From a virus, in the IMG/VR virus record IMGVR_UViG_3300045988_065173, positions 13,917 to 77,916 of that record: DNA of 64,000 nt; one strand, given 5' to 3'. Positions 11,549 through 22,220 of this stretch are shown piece by piece. The first letter of the stretch is position 1. Each line of letters starts with the position of its first letter. The notes beneath the pieces were generated by a model, which saw only the letters and a list, made by a program, of their open reading frames with translations, was not told where the DNA came from and ran no database searches. The position numbers and the translations under genes are program-made.

Positions 11549-14165
11549 TCATATACAAGCTCCGCAATAGCCTCGTTCGTCTTGTCTATCAGTTCTTTTT
11601 CTTTCATAACATAAATTATGCTGTTCTGGAGGAAGTTTAGTTGCATTATAGTATTTAACTCTTTGTAACTTCCTACTTCTTAATTCTTCCTTTATAAATG
11701 GGAGAAATTCTTCATCAGGTAAATCAGCTATAATGACTAAAGGCATCTCTGACCTATCAAAGTTAAATGATACCTTATAACCAACTGGATCTAGGTTCTG
11801 AATTTCAAGCCCACCTACGTATTCCATTTTGTACAAGTCTCTCATATAACCTAGGATCACTTGTTTCAATTCTGTATGGGTCATCGTATTCATTTTTTTG
11901 TATGTTAGTTTCAAAAGTCTTAGAAGTTGGTATAACCCCAAATCTTTTGATTCCTCTCTCGTCGTAATAATAACCATAATCTTGGAATTGTTCAACTTCT
12001 TTTTCAACAAGCACTGGCTATCTTCCTGACAATTCCTAGTCTGCCAATTCTGTCATTCCTACAGCGGCTACAATATCGAATTTACCTTTATTCTCATCAT
12101 TATATCCAGTAAATTGGTCTAACATTTCTTCAAACCATATAGTATGACAGAAATCCTCAATAAAGGCTGCTGTCAAATCAGTATGTTGTTCTATAATAGT
12201 TTTGGTAGCGGGTGTTCCGTACTATTTAGTAGTTCCATTCTTGACGTCTGTTAGAGTAGCTCTAGGTCTTTTCATAAAGTAGTTTAAACAACCCTTTTCT
12301 CTAGCCCAGGTAATCATACCTACACGAGTAGCTTCTATGTTTATTCTACAATTATAGTATCTAGCTAAACACATAGCTATTTTATAGGCTTCTCTAATGT
12401 CATTAGGTCTGTCTTTATACATAGCAACATACTACGGTTCGTTTAGACCAAATGCTCTTCTTTTTATAGTTATACAGAAATCAGAAGGGTCTCTTGTTTC
12501 TTTTGAAGTTTGACTAGCTCCTATATCAATGCCGTCTATTCCTGCAACATATAAATCATGCATTTCTTTATACGCTGGAGATTCAAATTCTTCTCCCCTT
12601 TCCTCAGCTTCCTATCTAAGTTTATCCATCTACTCTTTATACAAATCAGACCATACAGGATGTTCAAGTATTTTTACTTTTCCGTTAATATTAGGAATCC
12701 ATTTAAAACCATCTATATTATCCTAGGTGTGTTTATTATTTTTATAGAAGTAGTCTATGTATCCAGATTCTGGTCTTGGTCCTATTTTCTTAAGTCTTAT
12801 ATTAGCTAATTGGTCTGCAATAAGAATCTTGTTGAACTTGTTAACACCTTCAAGATTAAATGCTTCTTCTGCATTCCAACATCGTTCGGCACACTTCTTT
12901 AGATAGTCGTCTGGAACTGCTAATAAATTGTCACGCTCTTCCTATAGATACTTTTTATATTCTACTGTATTACACACACCTCTATGGTCCATGTATTCTG
13001 AATTTAGAGACTAGACAAAATATGGAATGAAGAACCCACTTTCAATAGTAGTCCCATCCTGTGTATAATTATGTCTAAATGGAAGAACTTTGTAAGCTTT
13101 TGGATTATAATATATTTTCTTAAGACCTGCTAATGGAGCACCCATATCACCACCAGTACCTCCAAATAACATTGTTCCACGAGGTTTACCCTGAACTTCA
13201 CAAAGCTCTTGTCCCTGCACTACAGCAGTATCTAGTCCAGGCCAAGACCCTGCTTCATCATATATTAATAGGTCAACACGGTCTCCACGAATATTAGATG
13301 CCTTAGCTCCATTTATTCCAACTACTTCTGATTTAAACCCAACATCCTCAAACTGCCCGTTTACCTTAATCTGTTTACCGGACTTCTTTCTTAAGTCTTG
13401 GTCAATCAAACGTAGTTTGAAGAATCCTCCTCCTGTACAAGTATTCAAGAATGTTAAAGCATTATCAAACTTACTAAAAGTACCTTTAAGGAAGGTATCA
13501 TTAAAACAAGTAATCATTACTCTGCTTCTTCTGATTACTGAATACATTCTTGCAGATAAGGATGCATTTATTTCAGAGAATCCAATAGAACGAGCTTTCA
13601 TGAGAGCTGCGTGTTTATGCAGGACTCTAGCCATCTATAGATAATGAAAGAACATATAATGAGATGCGAAAAATATAGGAAAGTCACTACTTGTTCCTTC
13701 TCCAGATGCCTTGTTATCATCAATAATAGGAAGCTAGTAGAAGTTTAGGAAGAAATAGTTATCTCCAGTAATTGTATAACCATTAACAGTCATTCCATAT
13801 TTACATCTTCTATACTATTCCTTCCAAAACTCATTATATCTCTTACTATCTTTTAGATATGGACAATACTTTCCAGTTTTTCTATATACTTCTCTGGTCT
13901 CAGTAAACCAATCTGGGTCGAAGTCAAGACCGTGTGTTTCATCTATTGGTCTATATCCAGTTATTTCATAAGATAAAGTAGGGTCAAATACCTCTATCTT
14001 ATCTCCTCTTTTTACATCCCAATAATCAGCATTTTTGCCTCTTTCCTCTCTTATCTTCTATACTAGTTCTCTAGCTTCTTTGGCATCCTCTTTTTGTTCT
14101 TTCTCTCTTACCTAATCTACTATATTCTAGATTTCTTCAGGTAATATTTTTTTCTTTCTAGGCAT
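11549..14165 (-). CDS. terL: terminase large subunit (TerL), multiple in-frame TAG codons; boundaries approximate
   Basis: ATPase-domain fragment 13011-13634 has a Walker-B-like DLLIYDEAG and a Walker-A-like LMKARSIGFS. The frame reads through TAG at 13013-13011 into nuclease-domain fragments (12222-12422, 11549-12010), and also upstream through TAG at 13637-13635 to an ATG near 14165. Confidence 0.6.
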
Positions 14166-15547
14166 AATTAAAAGTCTCCTGGGTCAAAGCCGTCTATAGC
14201 TCCACCTCTTACAGTAGATTGTTCTGTAAGCTCTTTCTTAACCTGCTCTTCTAGTGTTACTAATTCTTCATGAACTTTATGAAGAGTAGCCATTTCTTTC
14301 ATTACCTTTTCAGCTTGAAAGACGGGTTTGCCATTATTATCACGTTCATTTAAATCTACTATAGTATCAAAATAATCAATAAACTAGTCAGCTGCTCTTT
14401 TAGCTGCTTCTAGAAGTTTTATTGATTTGTTAGAATCCTATAATGCTCGGTATTTTCTACAGGCTTCCCTGAATAATGGGTCATTAAATTCGGATTCAGA
14501 TAGTCCAGAGTCGCTAATAGCCTCATCATGTCTTTCATGTTCTGAATATTGGCTATAAGGACTCTTCCAATCAATAGCTAGATAAATGTAAGATAATTCT
14601 CTAGTTACTCGTTCCTTGTCAACAGATTTATCTCTCTGTATCAAAGCCTTAAACTCTTTAACTAGAAGAAGCTCTGGTTCATTTATTTCTAACTATTTAG
14701 TTAAAGTGTTATAATTAAATACATTCATACTCATCAATCATTAACATTAACATCTTTAATCTTTTTATTTCATTTTAGAACCGCATTTACTTACTTTCAT
14801 TTTAGAACCACAAGAATCCTTCTTAGCATACTTTGTTCTATCTGGAACCCATTTTCCATTTTTAAAGTTTCCTTTATGTCCCTTATTTGCCATGACCTCC
14901 TAGTCATTATATTTATTAATAGATACAGAATCTCTAGATGCTTCATCCTTTGCAGATTTCATATCCTTTCTATACTAAGCTCTTCCAGCCTTGAACTTGT
15001 CGACCTCATTAGCTTTCTTAGTAACCTTAGTTCCTTTCTATGCTTTTTGGCAAGCTTTGCAGATTCTTCCTCCCTGTTTAAAATAAACAAGTTCCTCTCC
15101 TTCTGGGCATACTCCTTTTAATTTTTTATAGTATTCTAGTTTAGCTCCAAGTCTAGCCATAACTCCGCCTTGCATCTTCTACATAAATTCTTGATACTTA
15201 GCTTTAATTCCATCTTCTCCAAGCTATTCAGCGTAAGCCTATAAATCTTGCTCTGATTGTAATTGTATTCCTTGTGCTTGGGCATCTTGTATCAAGTATG
15301 CCATGAATGCCTTCCGTAATTCTTCCTAATTAGCCATTACTCTTCTACTTTAATTAAATCCTTTGTATTAAATACTGCTTCCTGCATTAATCCAGAATCA
15401 GTAAACCATCTACATCTTAGTCCTCGTAATCCTTGGTTATCTTTAAATAAAGCTGCTTCTCTTCTTAGAACAAGCATAACTGGAGAGTGCATTACTTTAC
15501 ACTACCGTAAAGTAACACAATCCCCAGGCTTAAAATAAACTTTTTCA

Positions 15548-16150
15548 TCAATTGTTTCCATGCTTCAATTCGTCTCTTCTTTCAGTTAGTTTCTCATTAA
15601 CTACAGCCATGATTCTATTCTCATTAACTACTACAAATCCTAGTTTATAGAATGGAACCATACATTCACTAGCTATTGTATAAAATACAATATCTCCAGG
15701 CTTCAAGAACTCACACTTATGTCCTACTTCTATCACAGTTCCTACCTTAATAAATTGTTGCTCTTCTTCAATTTCTCCAGTCTCATTAGATTTATAAGTA
15801 GGAGTAAATCCACCTAAATCAGTAATAAGACCACTTTTAGTAGTTTTTATTTTTTGGAATGGGTTTTGTTCAAAAGGTTTAATTAATGCATACCCATACA
15901 TCGGCATAATTTCAAGTCCATTCATATCGTTAGATAATGACTTAGCGTAATCCTCTAGTGCCTGATTATGTTTGGAGAATTTATCTTCTAACTCATCTAC
16001 TGAGGTATTAAACTTCTCTTGTTTTTCTCTTAATAATGTTTGGTCTGCAGCCTCCCCATTTAAAATAAAATGTTCTCCCGTACCTTCCATTCCAGTTAAT
16101 GATAGCGCTAGTTTTTCGTTACTGTTTAATTCTGTTCTTAAAGTTTCCAT
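15548..16150 (-). CDS. hypothetical protein
   Basis: Intact 200-aa ORF with no TAG needed. Confidence 0.5.
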   Translation of the reverse strand: METLRTELNSNEKLALSLTGMEGTGEHFILNGEAADQTLLREKQEKFNTSVDELEDKFSKHNQALEDYAKSLSNDMNGLEIMPMYGYALIKPFEQNPFQKIKTTKSGLITDLGGFTPTYKSNETGEIEEEQQFIKVGTVIEVGHKCEFLKPGDIVFYTIASECMVPFYKLGFVVVNENRIMAVVNEKLTERRDELKHGNN

Positions 16151-16158
16151 AATTCATT

Positions 16159-16542
16159 TTACCATTTACATAAATCACAATGTTCATCTTCAATTCTTGT
16201 TTTATTCTCTAATATACAACCACATTCATCGCACACTTCCCCAACAGATGTTTGTAATTTATGGGAACAAGCGTTACAAATTTTTAATCTTTTGGTTGCC
16301 AAATCTTGATTTATTCCGAATATATTGAAATATATACTTTTCAATATTGTTAAAGGTTTAGTAAATATTGCTTTAATCCACTTCCATATCATATCTTTTT
16401 CCTCCTTTATTTCCCTATTTATGACAGTAAGTATATAATGCTTATCTGGTTTATATAATATAGGAGTTCCATAAATTACCATTTCCCTGCTGGACAATGT
16501 TTCTTTTCGTTTGGAATCTTCTTCTCTAGTAAACATCCACAT
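16159..16542 (-). CDS. small Cys-rich protein (CxxC pairs, ends …HCDLCKW)
   Basis: Intact ORF. It is paralogous to the overlapping ORF 16476-16691 (…HCPAGKW). Confidence 0.4.
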   Translation of the reverse strand: MWMFTREEDSKRKETLSSREMVIYGTPILYKPDKHYILTVINREIKEEKDMIWKWIKAIFTKPLTILKSIYFNIFGINQDLATKRLKICNACSHKLQTSVGEVCDECGCILENKTRIEDEHCDLCKW

Positions 16543-16691
16543 CCCTTTATATACCCTTCTTTAGGGCTTATACTTATATCATTATTCTTTGGATTTAGAT
16601 ACAAATGCCCATTACATAATCCATTATCTTGGTCACATATTGGGCAGCGTCTACATATCTCAAATCTTTCTTCTATTTCCTCTAGTGTCAT
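16476..16691 (-). CDS. small Cys-rich protein, paralog of 16159-16542
   Basis: Intact ORF that overlaps 16159-16542 by 67 nt in another frame. Same CxxC…C…HC…KW pattern. Confidence 0.35.
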   Translation of the reverse strand: MTLEEIEERFEICRRCPICDQDNGLCNGHLYLNPKNNDISISPKEGYIKGCGCLLEKKIPNEKKHCPAGKW

Positions 16692-16693
16692 AA

Positions 16694-17608
16694 TTAATAT
16701 TCAATACGTTGACGTTTTCTTTTATTTTCTGCCAATATAGATTCCTTCTTATAGAAGGCTAGCATTTTTATAACCTCATCTTTTAGATATGGTAAATGAT
16801 ATACTGTCATATTGTCATTATGGTCGAAATGTACCAAAACCAAATCCTCTATTTCAAACTCTGGATTTTTCTTTTGAATCATCCAAGCATAAGTACTTAA
16901 TTGTAAAGTATAGTGCCAGTAATTAACATCATCTAAATTATTTAGAGGATATTTCATCTTAACAGAAGTTTTGGTTTTAGAATTGAAGAAACTCTTAGTT
17001 TCTATTTTCTTATTGGTCTTCCAATCTCCTATAATTATCTTATTTCCCCTTTTAACTAATAAGTCAATCTGTCCTGCTATTCTTAGCTTTCCATCATCCG
17101 ATACTCTAGATATTAAATACTCAGGATATACACCATTCTCTAAGTCTAATTCATTGTGGTCTTTTATACACTCGAACTTACCACCTATTTGATATTTACT
17201 AAGGTCTATGTTCTGTTTCTTTTTATAGAAAGAGTTTTCCAAATCTGCATGGATTTTAGTTCCCCTCTCGCATGAGTTTCTATTCTCTAAATCCCAAGCA
17301 TCTAAGATAGCTTGTTGCTCTTTATTAAACTCGTCTTCTGTAATGTTATGAAGTTCAAGTAGAACTTTATCAAATTTCTTAGTGTTCAACAAAGACTTTT
17401 TTTCTATAGCCCAATCTTCTTTAGGTAAGAGTTTCTCTAGTGCTTTATATGCTGACCAGAACTCCTTATCAAATGGTTGGGTGAAAGAATGAATTAAAGT
17501 CGTTACAGATATAAACTTCTGTTCTGGCTTTGTAACATCATAATAAATATGAGCTTCTTCCTCAAAAGCTATGTTCCCATTTTGTTTTGTAATTTTACTT
17601 TTGTCCAT
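16694..17608 (-). CDS. PD-(D/E)XK exonuclease, YqaJ/lambda-exo-like
   Basis: Motifs IDLLV…IIIGDWKTNKK (D…D/ExK) and YTLQLSTYAWM (QxxxY). Confidence 0.6.
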   Translation of the reverse strand: MDKSKITKQNGNIAFEEEAHIYYDVTKPEQKFISVTTLIHSFTQPFDKEFWSAYKALEKLLPKEDWAIEKKSLLNTKKFDKVLLELHNITEDEFNKEQQAILDAWDLENRNSCERGTKIHADLENSFYKKKQNIDLSKYQIGGKFECIKDHNELDLENGVYPEYLISRVSDDGKLRIAGQIDLLVKRGNKIIIGDWKTNKKIETKSFFNSKTKTSVKMKYPLNNLDDVNYWHYTLQLSTYAWMIQKKNPEFEIEDLVLVHFDHNDNMTVYHLPYLKDEVIKMLAFYKKESILAENKRKRQRIEY

Positions 17609-17722
17609 TAGTCATAATTCATTTAATCATTTATCACATTTATCTATATTTATTTGATACTTTTCAAGTATATTAATATTCTTTGTAAGATACAAATCAA
17701 TAAATAATACATTATATTAAAA

Positions 17723-18065
17723 ATGTCTAACAGTAATAAAATTACAACATTTGGGTGTCCAATTTTTAAAAATGGGTCGGGCATTCACATTAAAGAGAAG
17801 AACAGAGGCAAATTTACAGCATCTGCTAAGGCTGCAGGATAGTCTGTACAGGAACATGCTAAATCTGTACTAAACAATCCTAATGCTACTCCTCTTCAGA
17901 AGAAGCGTGCTAACTTTGCTAGAAACGCGGCTAAATGGAAACACGAAGATGGAGCTAAGATACATAAACCAAGTGGACATAGATCTATTCTAGATAATGG
18001 ATGGATTCCTACTACTAGATTAAAGAAAGGAAATTATGGATTAATTAAAACAAGAAAGCAATGAA
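17723..18065 (+). CDS. hypothetical protein; 1 in-frame TAG
   Basis: ATG at 17723. Frame open to TGA at 18063-18065 except for one TAG (GGA TAG TCT). Confidence 0.45.
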
Positions 18066-18139
18066 CGCTGTAGTTAAATTAATTAAAGAATTTATACTTA
18101 AGATATATCTTTATTTACTATTTATATTTAATAAGTAAT

Positions 18140-18331
18140 ATGGACTATAATAGAGCAACTCTTTATGCGGCTACTGGTCGTACTTTATTACTCCCTGGCT
18201 GGAAAGGATATTTTTATTGGGACTATACTAAGAATGAATTAAATTTTAGAAATGGAGACTATCATTTAGATAACAAATAGCTCAAGGAGAAAGGAGTTAT
18301 GGAACGTAATGATTGGTATTATATAATATGA
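18140..18331 (+). CDS. small hypothetical protein; 1 in-frame TAG
   Basis: MDYNRATLYAATGRTLLLPGWKGYFYWDYTKNELNFRNGDYHLDNK(TAG)LKEKGVMERNDWYYII. Confidence 0.4.
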
Positions 18332-18382
18332 TAATTAAAGAGGTAATTAAAACAATTGTAGTAACTAAATATAGAATTACTT

Positions 18383-18847
18383 ATGAGTTGGTTTTCTGAA
18401 TTATTTACTTTGGCGGGCAGTCTTTTTAAAGATATTGATTAGAAAGAAGAACCTAAATTAATCTAGATGAAGTATTTTCCGTTTAATGGATTTTCTTATA
18501 TGTCTTGGTGCGGAAATATTATTTATAAAAAAGATAGATATGCTAATATAAAAGAATAGTCTTTGTGGCATGAGAAGATTCATATTCTATAGGCAGCTAA
18601 GAGTTATAAGAGATGGTATTAGTTCTATTTAAGCTATCTTAAATACTGGATTAAAGGTAATCCTATTAGTAATCCTTCTATTAGTGCTTACTATACTATT
18701 CCTTATGAAATGGAAGCCTATGCTAATGAGGACAATCCTAATTACTAGGTAACTAAAGATAGTTATAAAAGATATATTATAAAAGATAGAAAGAATACTT
18801 TTAGAAAGAACAGAAGTAATTGGATTAAGTTTATTAAATAGTTATAA
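18383..18847 (+). CDS. HExxH-motif protein (putative metallopeptidase-like); 6 in-frame TAG codons
   Basis: MSWFSELFTLAGSLFKDID(Q)KEEPKLI(Q)MKYFPFNGFSYMSWCGNIIYKKDRYANIKE(Q)SLWHEKIHIL(Q)AAKSY… contains a WHEKIH (HExxH) motif. Stop codon is TAA. Confidence 0.45.
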
Positions 18848-18854
18848 AAAAATA

Positions 18855-18898
18855 GGCGAGCCTAGAGATTAGGTTCGCCTATTTTTATTTAACATTAT
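18855..18898. terminator. bidirectional rho-independent terminator between convergent genes
   Basis: TAGGCGA…TCGCCTA, a perfect 7-bp stem, flanked by an A-run on the 5' side and TTTTATT on the 3' side. Confidence 0.6.
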
Positions 18899-19112
18899 AC
18901 TTTGTATCATAAGTACAAGTGATTCTATTTATACCATCCTCCCACCAAGGTTTATCTGATGGCTATCTAATACCACTTGGGATGGTTATTGTAGGAGTAG
19001 AAGTTTCTACTATAGCATCTAGTATTTTAAATAATGTATCCAAGTCAAATTCTGGAAATTCATTATGTAAGTTTGTCAATGTCTTTTTAAAGTCTATCAT
19101 ATTTAATATATC
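18885..19112 (-). CDS. small hypothetical protein; 1 in-frame TAG
   Basis: MIDFKKTLTNLHNEFPEFDLDTLFKILDAIVETSTPTITIPSGIR(TAG)PSDKPWWEDGINRITCTYDTKYNVK. Confidence 0.35.
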
Positions 19113-19265
19113 ACACTTAGTCTATTTAATTCATCTAGGTAATCTAGAAACCATTGTTCATTTTGTCTCCCTTCTTCTGCAACAATCTCAATTAAAGATT
19201 CTGCTGCTAGGAGTATAGTTTCAGATAACTCTTTTAAATTTGGCTTAGTTAGTTCGTTGTATTTA

Positions 19266-19580
19266 TCAGTCAAGTTTAACATAATCCATCCAATCTTTTA
19301 TATATGATTTACATTCCTCTAAATCTGGATAGATACTTGCTATAGTGCAACCTGTTTTTGGATTCCTAAAATGATGGAGTTTTGCTTCCTCATTTTTCTC
19401 CTCTTCTATATTTCTATTTAATGTTCTATTCCAGTAGTTGTATTTCTCATCTAGTATTTCCTTATCACATTCTTCCAATATTTTCATATTGGGATTACTC
19501 ATTATTTTGTCATACTTTCTTTTTAAATTAGAAACTTTGACAACATCATTACCATTCAATACGACTGCACACTGTTTCAT
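19266..19580 (-). CDS. hypothetical protein
   Basis: Intact 104-aa ORF. Confidence 0.5.
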   Translation of the reverse strand: MKQCAVVLNGNDVVKVSNLKRKYDKIMSNPNMKILEECDKEILDEKYNYWNRTLNRNIEEEKNEEAKLHHFRNPKTGCTIASIYPDLEECKSYIKDWMDYVKLD

Positions 19581-19804
19581 TTCAATACCTTATAAGTACA
19601 TATCTTACCTATCTGTTTTCCTTGAACTGTTATTTGTGGAAGAAAATAGCAGGCTTGATTCTCAAATTCTTGAGGTACAAAGATATAATCAAACTTACTT
19701 CCAACTACCTTCTCACAAACTTTATTCCAATCGTCTCCCTCCTCTATAATAAGAGTTTTAGCTCCTGTTGGAGTTATTACATAATTCTCATTTAATTTTA
19801 TCAT
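19577..19804 (-). CDS. hypothetical protein (MIKLNENYVITPTG…)
   Basis: Internal ATG of ORF 19577-19879. The longer N-terminus overlaps the tRNA and is rejected. Confidence 0.45.
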   Translation of the reverse strand: MIKLNENYVITPTGAKTLIIEEGDDWNKVCEKVVGSKFDYIFVPQEFENQACYFLPQITVQGKQIGKICTYKVLK

Positions 19805-19811
19805 AACTATT

Positions 19812-19883
19812 AATTTTGGCGTTGCCCTACTAGGATTCGAACCCAGACTAAATGATTTAGAGTCATCTGTGCTGACCATTACA
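19812..19883 (-). tRNA. tRNA-Sup(CTA), amber suppressor, glutamine-like
   Basis: Minus-strand sequence tgccctatggtgtaatggtcagcacaGATGActCTAaaTCATTtagtctgggttcgaatcctagtagggcaa. Full cloverleaf with anticodon loop c-u-CUA-a-a. The acceptor, D and T arms are near-identical to tRNA-Gln(TTG) at 33768-33839, including U1-A72. Confidence 0.85.
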
Positions 19884-19949
19884 CCATAGGGCAGTAACTT
19901 ATTTCTCTTTTAGAGATTTATTTTCTGCTGCCAATTTCTCTAGTTCTTT

Positions 19950-20432
19950 TCTTAATTGTTCATTTTCGTGAAATAAAGCCTGCATAGTAGCGTTGATATT
20001 AGCTAATAGTATTCTCATTTGAGCAACCTATTCATACATAAGCTTTCAGTTGTTCAATTCTCTTTTTAGCTATATCTGACAATGCCATTTTAAATTTAGC
20101 AATACCAGCTCTTACTGATTCCAATTTTCCACTTTCCAAACATTCTTGAATTTTATTCAATTCGGACTCTCCTAGATATTCGCAGACATCTATAAATAAA
20201 TCATCATCTAAAGATTCTAAGTATTTCTGGAATTTGCCTACTTCTTCATTAGCTAGACAGCTTTCCTCTTTCTATCTTTCATAAGATATTAATAAGAATA
20301 AAGAATCATCTGTGGATTCCGCTTTAATGGTTAGACCATTACTTGATAGATAATACTCCTAGTTCTTATTAATTGCATCAACGAGATTCTTAAACTCGTC
20401 CTAATTTAGTAATGTTTCTAAGTCTGTAATCA
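19950..20432 (-). CDS. first gene of the late transcription unit; several in-frame TAG codons
   Basis: ATG at 20432-20430 (MITDLETLLN(TAG)DEFKNLVDAINKN(TAG)EYY…). Frame is open to TGA at 19952-19950 only when TAG is read through. Confidence 0.45.
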
Positions 20433-20483
20433 TAATTGTTTCTTTTTTAGTTATATACAACAATACCTTCTGAAAAGTTAAAT

Positions 20484-20491
20484 ACAAAGTT
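20484..20491 (-). promoter_or_regulatory. Bacteroides-type -7 promoter element (TAnnTTTG) for the late transcription unit
   Basis: Minus-strand TAACTTTG sits ~50 nt upstream of the ATG at 20432. Confidence 0.3.
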
Positions 20492-20561
20492 AAAAAATTC
20501 TAATTCTAATATTATACATATTTCATTTAGTTATCCGTAAATGGGTACAGGTACTTTATAT

Positions 20562-20582
20562 AAATAGCCCCCTGGGGGTTTA
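20562..20582. terminator. hairpin terminator (CCCCCTGGGGG) downstream of the HNH gene
   Basis: agCCCCCtgGGGGGttt, followed by T/A-rich runs on both strands. Confidence 0.4.
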
Positions 20583-20595
20583 ATAAATTCGGAAT

Positions 20596-21447
20596 TTAGA
20601 AATTAGAAATATTATTATATAAATCAGAAATTAATTTTTTAAATTCTTCTGTGGTCATATCATTCTTAGCAACATTTACTCTGGTAGTTGTGATAACAAT
20701 ATTTCCTTCTACGTACCCCAAATTACTATCTATTCTATCTATTGAGTAATCTTCGTAATTTTCTGGAATTAATCCAGTATAATAATCCTTATATTCTTGC
20801 TTTAATAATAATGATTCAATATAATCTTCAGTAATTGAATATTCTATATATCTAGAACTTTTCTTTGCTCTATTTTCTGATTTATATCTTAAATGTTTTG
20901 CAATTTTCTCTGATTGTGTTTCAGATTTTTTATGTGCTTTTTCTTGGGAGGTAATTGATCGATACCCTTTATTTTCTATATAAACCGCATTCTCTGGAAT
21001 CAAAGAAATATATGAATAATTATTTAGTATTCCAAATATTGAAGACTCGTTATTATAAACTCGTAATATTCCATCTATTGTTCTTTTTAAATTTCCGCAG
21101 TTTTCATTCCCATTTACTCTTCTAGCTATTTCTTTTCTAGATAAATCTTCTGTTATATTCTGCTCTATACATCTTAACAAGAATCCCTTTTGAGCGTTAG
21201 TTAATTTTTCATTTAATATAAAGTTTGGACATGGATAATCCTTTAAAATTTTATATCTATTGTAAAAACCGTTAATAGTATGGTTCTCTACATAATTTAG
21301 ATCTACTAATTCTTTTAACATCTTAGGAATATCATTTTTTGATATTCCGAACTTTTTATTTAGTTCACAAGTACTAAAGTGAGCTAAATCTTCTTTTCCT
21401 TTGTATGCGTTTATTATCGCAAATAATAAATTTAGATTTCTTTTCAT
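20596..21447 (-). CDS. HNH homing endonuclease with N-terminal DNA-binding region
   Basis: C-terminal IDRIDSNLGYVEGNIVITTTRVNVAKNDMTTEEF (HNH-type H-N-N). Intact in the standard code. Confidence 0.65.
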   Translation of the reverse strand: MKRNLNLLFAIINAYKGKEDLAHFSTCELNKKFGISKNDIPKMLKELVDLNYVENHTINGFYNRYKILKDYPCPNFILNEKLTNAQKGFLLRCIEQNITEDLSRKEIARRVNGNENCGNLKRTIDGILRVYNNESSIFGILNNYSYISLIPENAVYIENKGYRSITSQEKAHKKSETQSEKIAKHLRYKSENRAKKSSRYIEYSITEDYIESLLLKQEYKDYYTGLIPENYEDYSIDRIDSNLGYVEGNIVITTTRVNVAKNDMTTEEFKKLISDLYNNISNF

Positions 21448-21722
21448 TTTTAATCAAATTTAATTGTTCAATATTTATCTATGCTAGATTACTCAAAATA
21501 TCCTGAGGGGTAAAGTTAAAATTTTCGAAATCAGGAATATGCTTCTAATGTTAATATTTTTATAACGGACTGGGCTTTTATCATAAACTATACATGTAAA
21601 ATTAACATAGTGGCTGTAGAGCCGGCCTACAACCCCTTTAGTCCCCCCCTGTATATTGATATAAAACTAAAACAAAAACAAAAGTAACTCATAGTAATAA
21701 CAAATTAAAAATTTTTAGTATT

Positions 21723-22169
21723 ATGACACTCGAAGAATTAAAGAACAGTAATCTCAGCGTAGAAGAACGTGCTAAATCAGTGGTAAACTCATTAGGTTTG
21801 GAAGGTAATGAACGTTCAGTTGTTGTCGGCTTGAAGAAAGGCGATAAGTTCCAGATTGTTGCTATGAATAAAATGGAACTGACAAACAATACACAAAGAG
21901 AAGGACAAGCAAAGTTTGTGCCTATCACTTTCACAACTGACAGTGGTGCATCAATCGGAGCTAAACACTTCGCTGGCGTGACTATCGACGACGAAGCTCC
22001 TGCTATTGGTTCTACTCCTTTGGAAAATGCAAATTTCCTTGTTTGGTGCATAGACCACAAAGTAACATTTGTGGTTAAAAGCATCACCTCTGAGGACATC
22101 GAAGCACACGGAAATGTTCCGGCTTATACCAAAAGAACTTACAAACTTGAGGTTGAGGATTACGAGTAA
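21723..22169 (+). CDS. hypothetical protein (first gene of the plus-strand block)
   Basis: 148-aa ORF ending in TAA. Confidence 0.55.
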   Translation: MTLEELKNSNLSVEERAKSVVNSLGLEGNERSVVVGLKKGDKFQIVAMNKMELTNNTQREGQAKFVPITFTTDSGASIGAKHFAGVTIDDEAPAIGSTPLENANFLVWCIDHKVTFVVKSITSEDIEAHGNVPAYTKRTYKLEVEDYE

Positions 22170-22178
22170 AAGATTGGG

Positions 22179-22200
22179 GAGAAATCCCCTTTCTTTTATA
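22179..22200 (+). terminator. rho-independent terminator
   Basis: GGGGAGAAATCCCC followed by TTTCTTTTAT. Confidence 0.5.
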
Positions 22201-22220
22201 TACAAATAGTCTTTGTAGTT

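Noticed and set aside
19577-19879. 100-aa ORF MVSTDDSKSF… on the minus strand.
   Set aside because: Its first 25 codons overlap the tRNA-Sup(CTA) gene on the same strand. The internal ATG (MIKLNENY…, 19804) is the plausible start.
1-20432. Fragmented ORFs across the first 20 kb could mean a decayed or pseudogenised region.
   Set aside because: The interruptions are exclusively TAG and never TAA/TGA. Conserved motifs run straight through them. Suppressor tRNA(CUA) genes are present, and the early block avoids TAG as a stop. All of this points to recoding, not decay.
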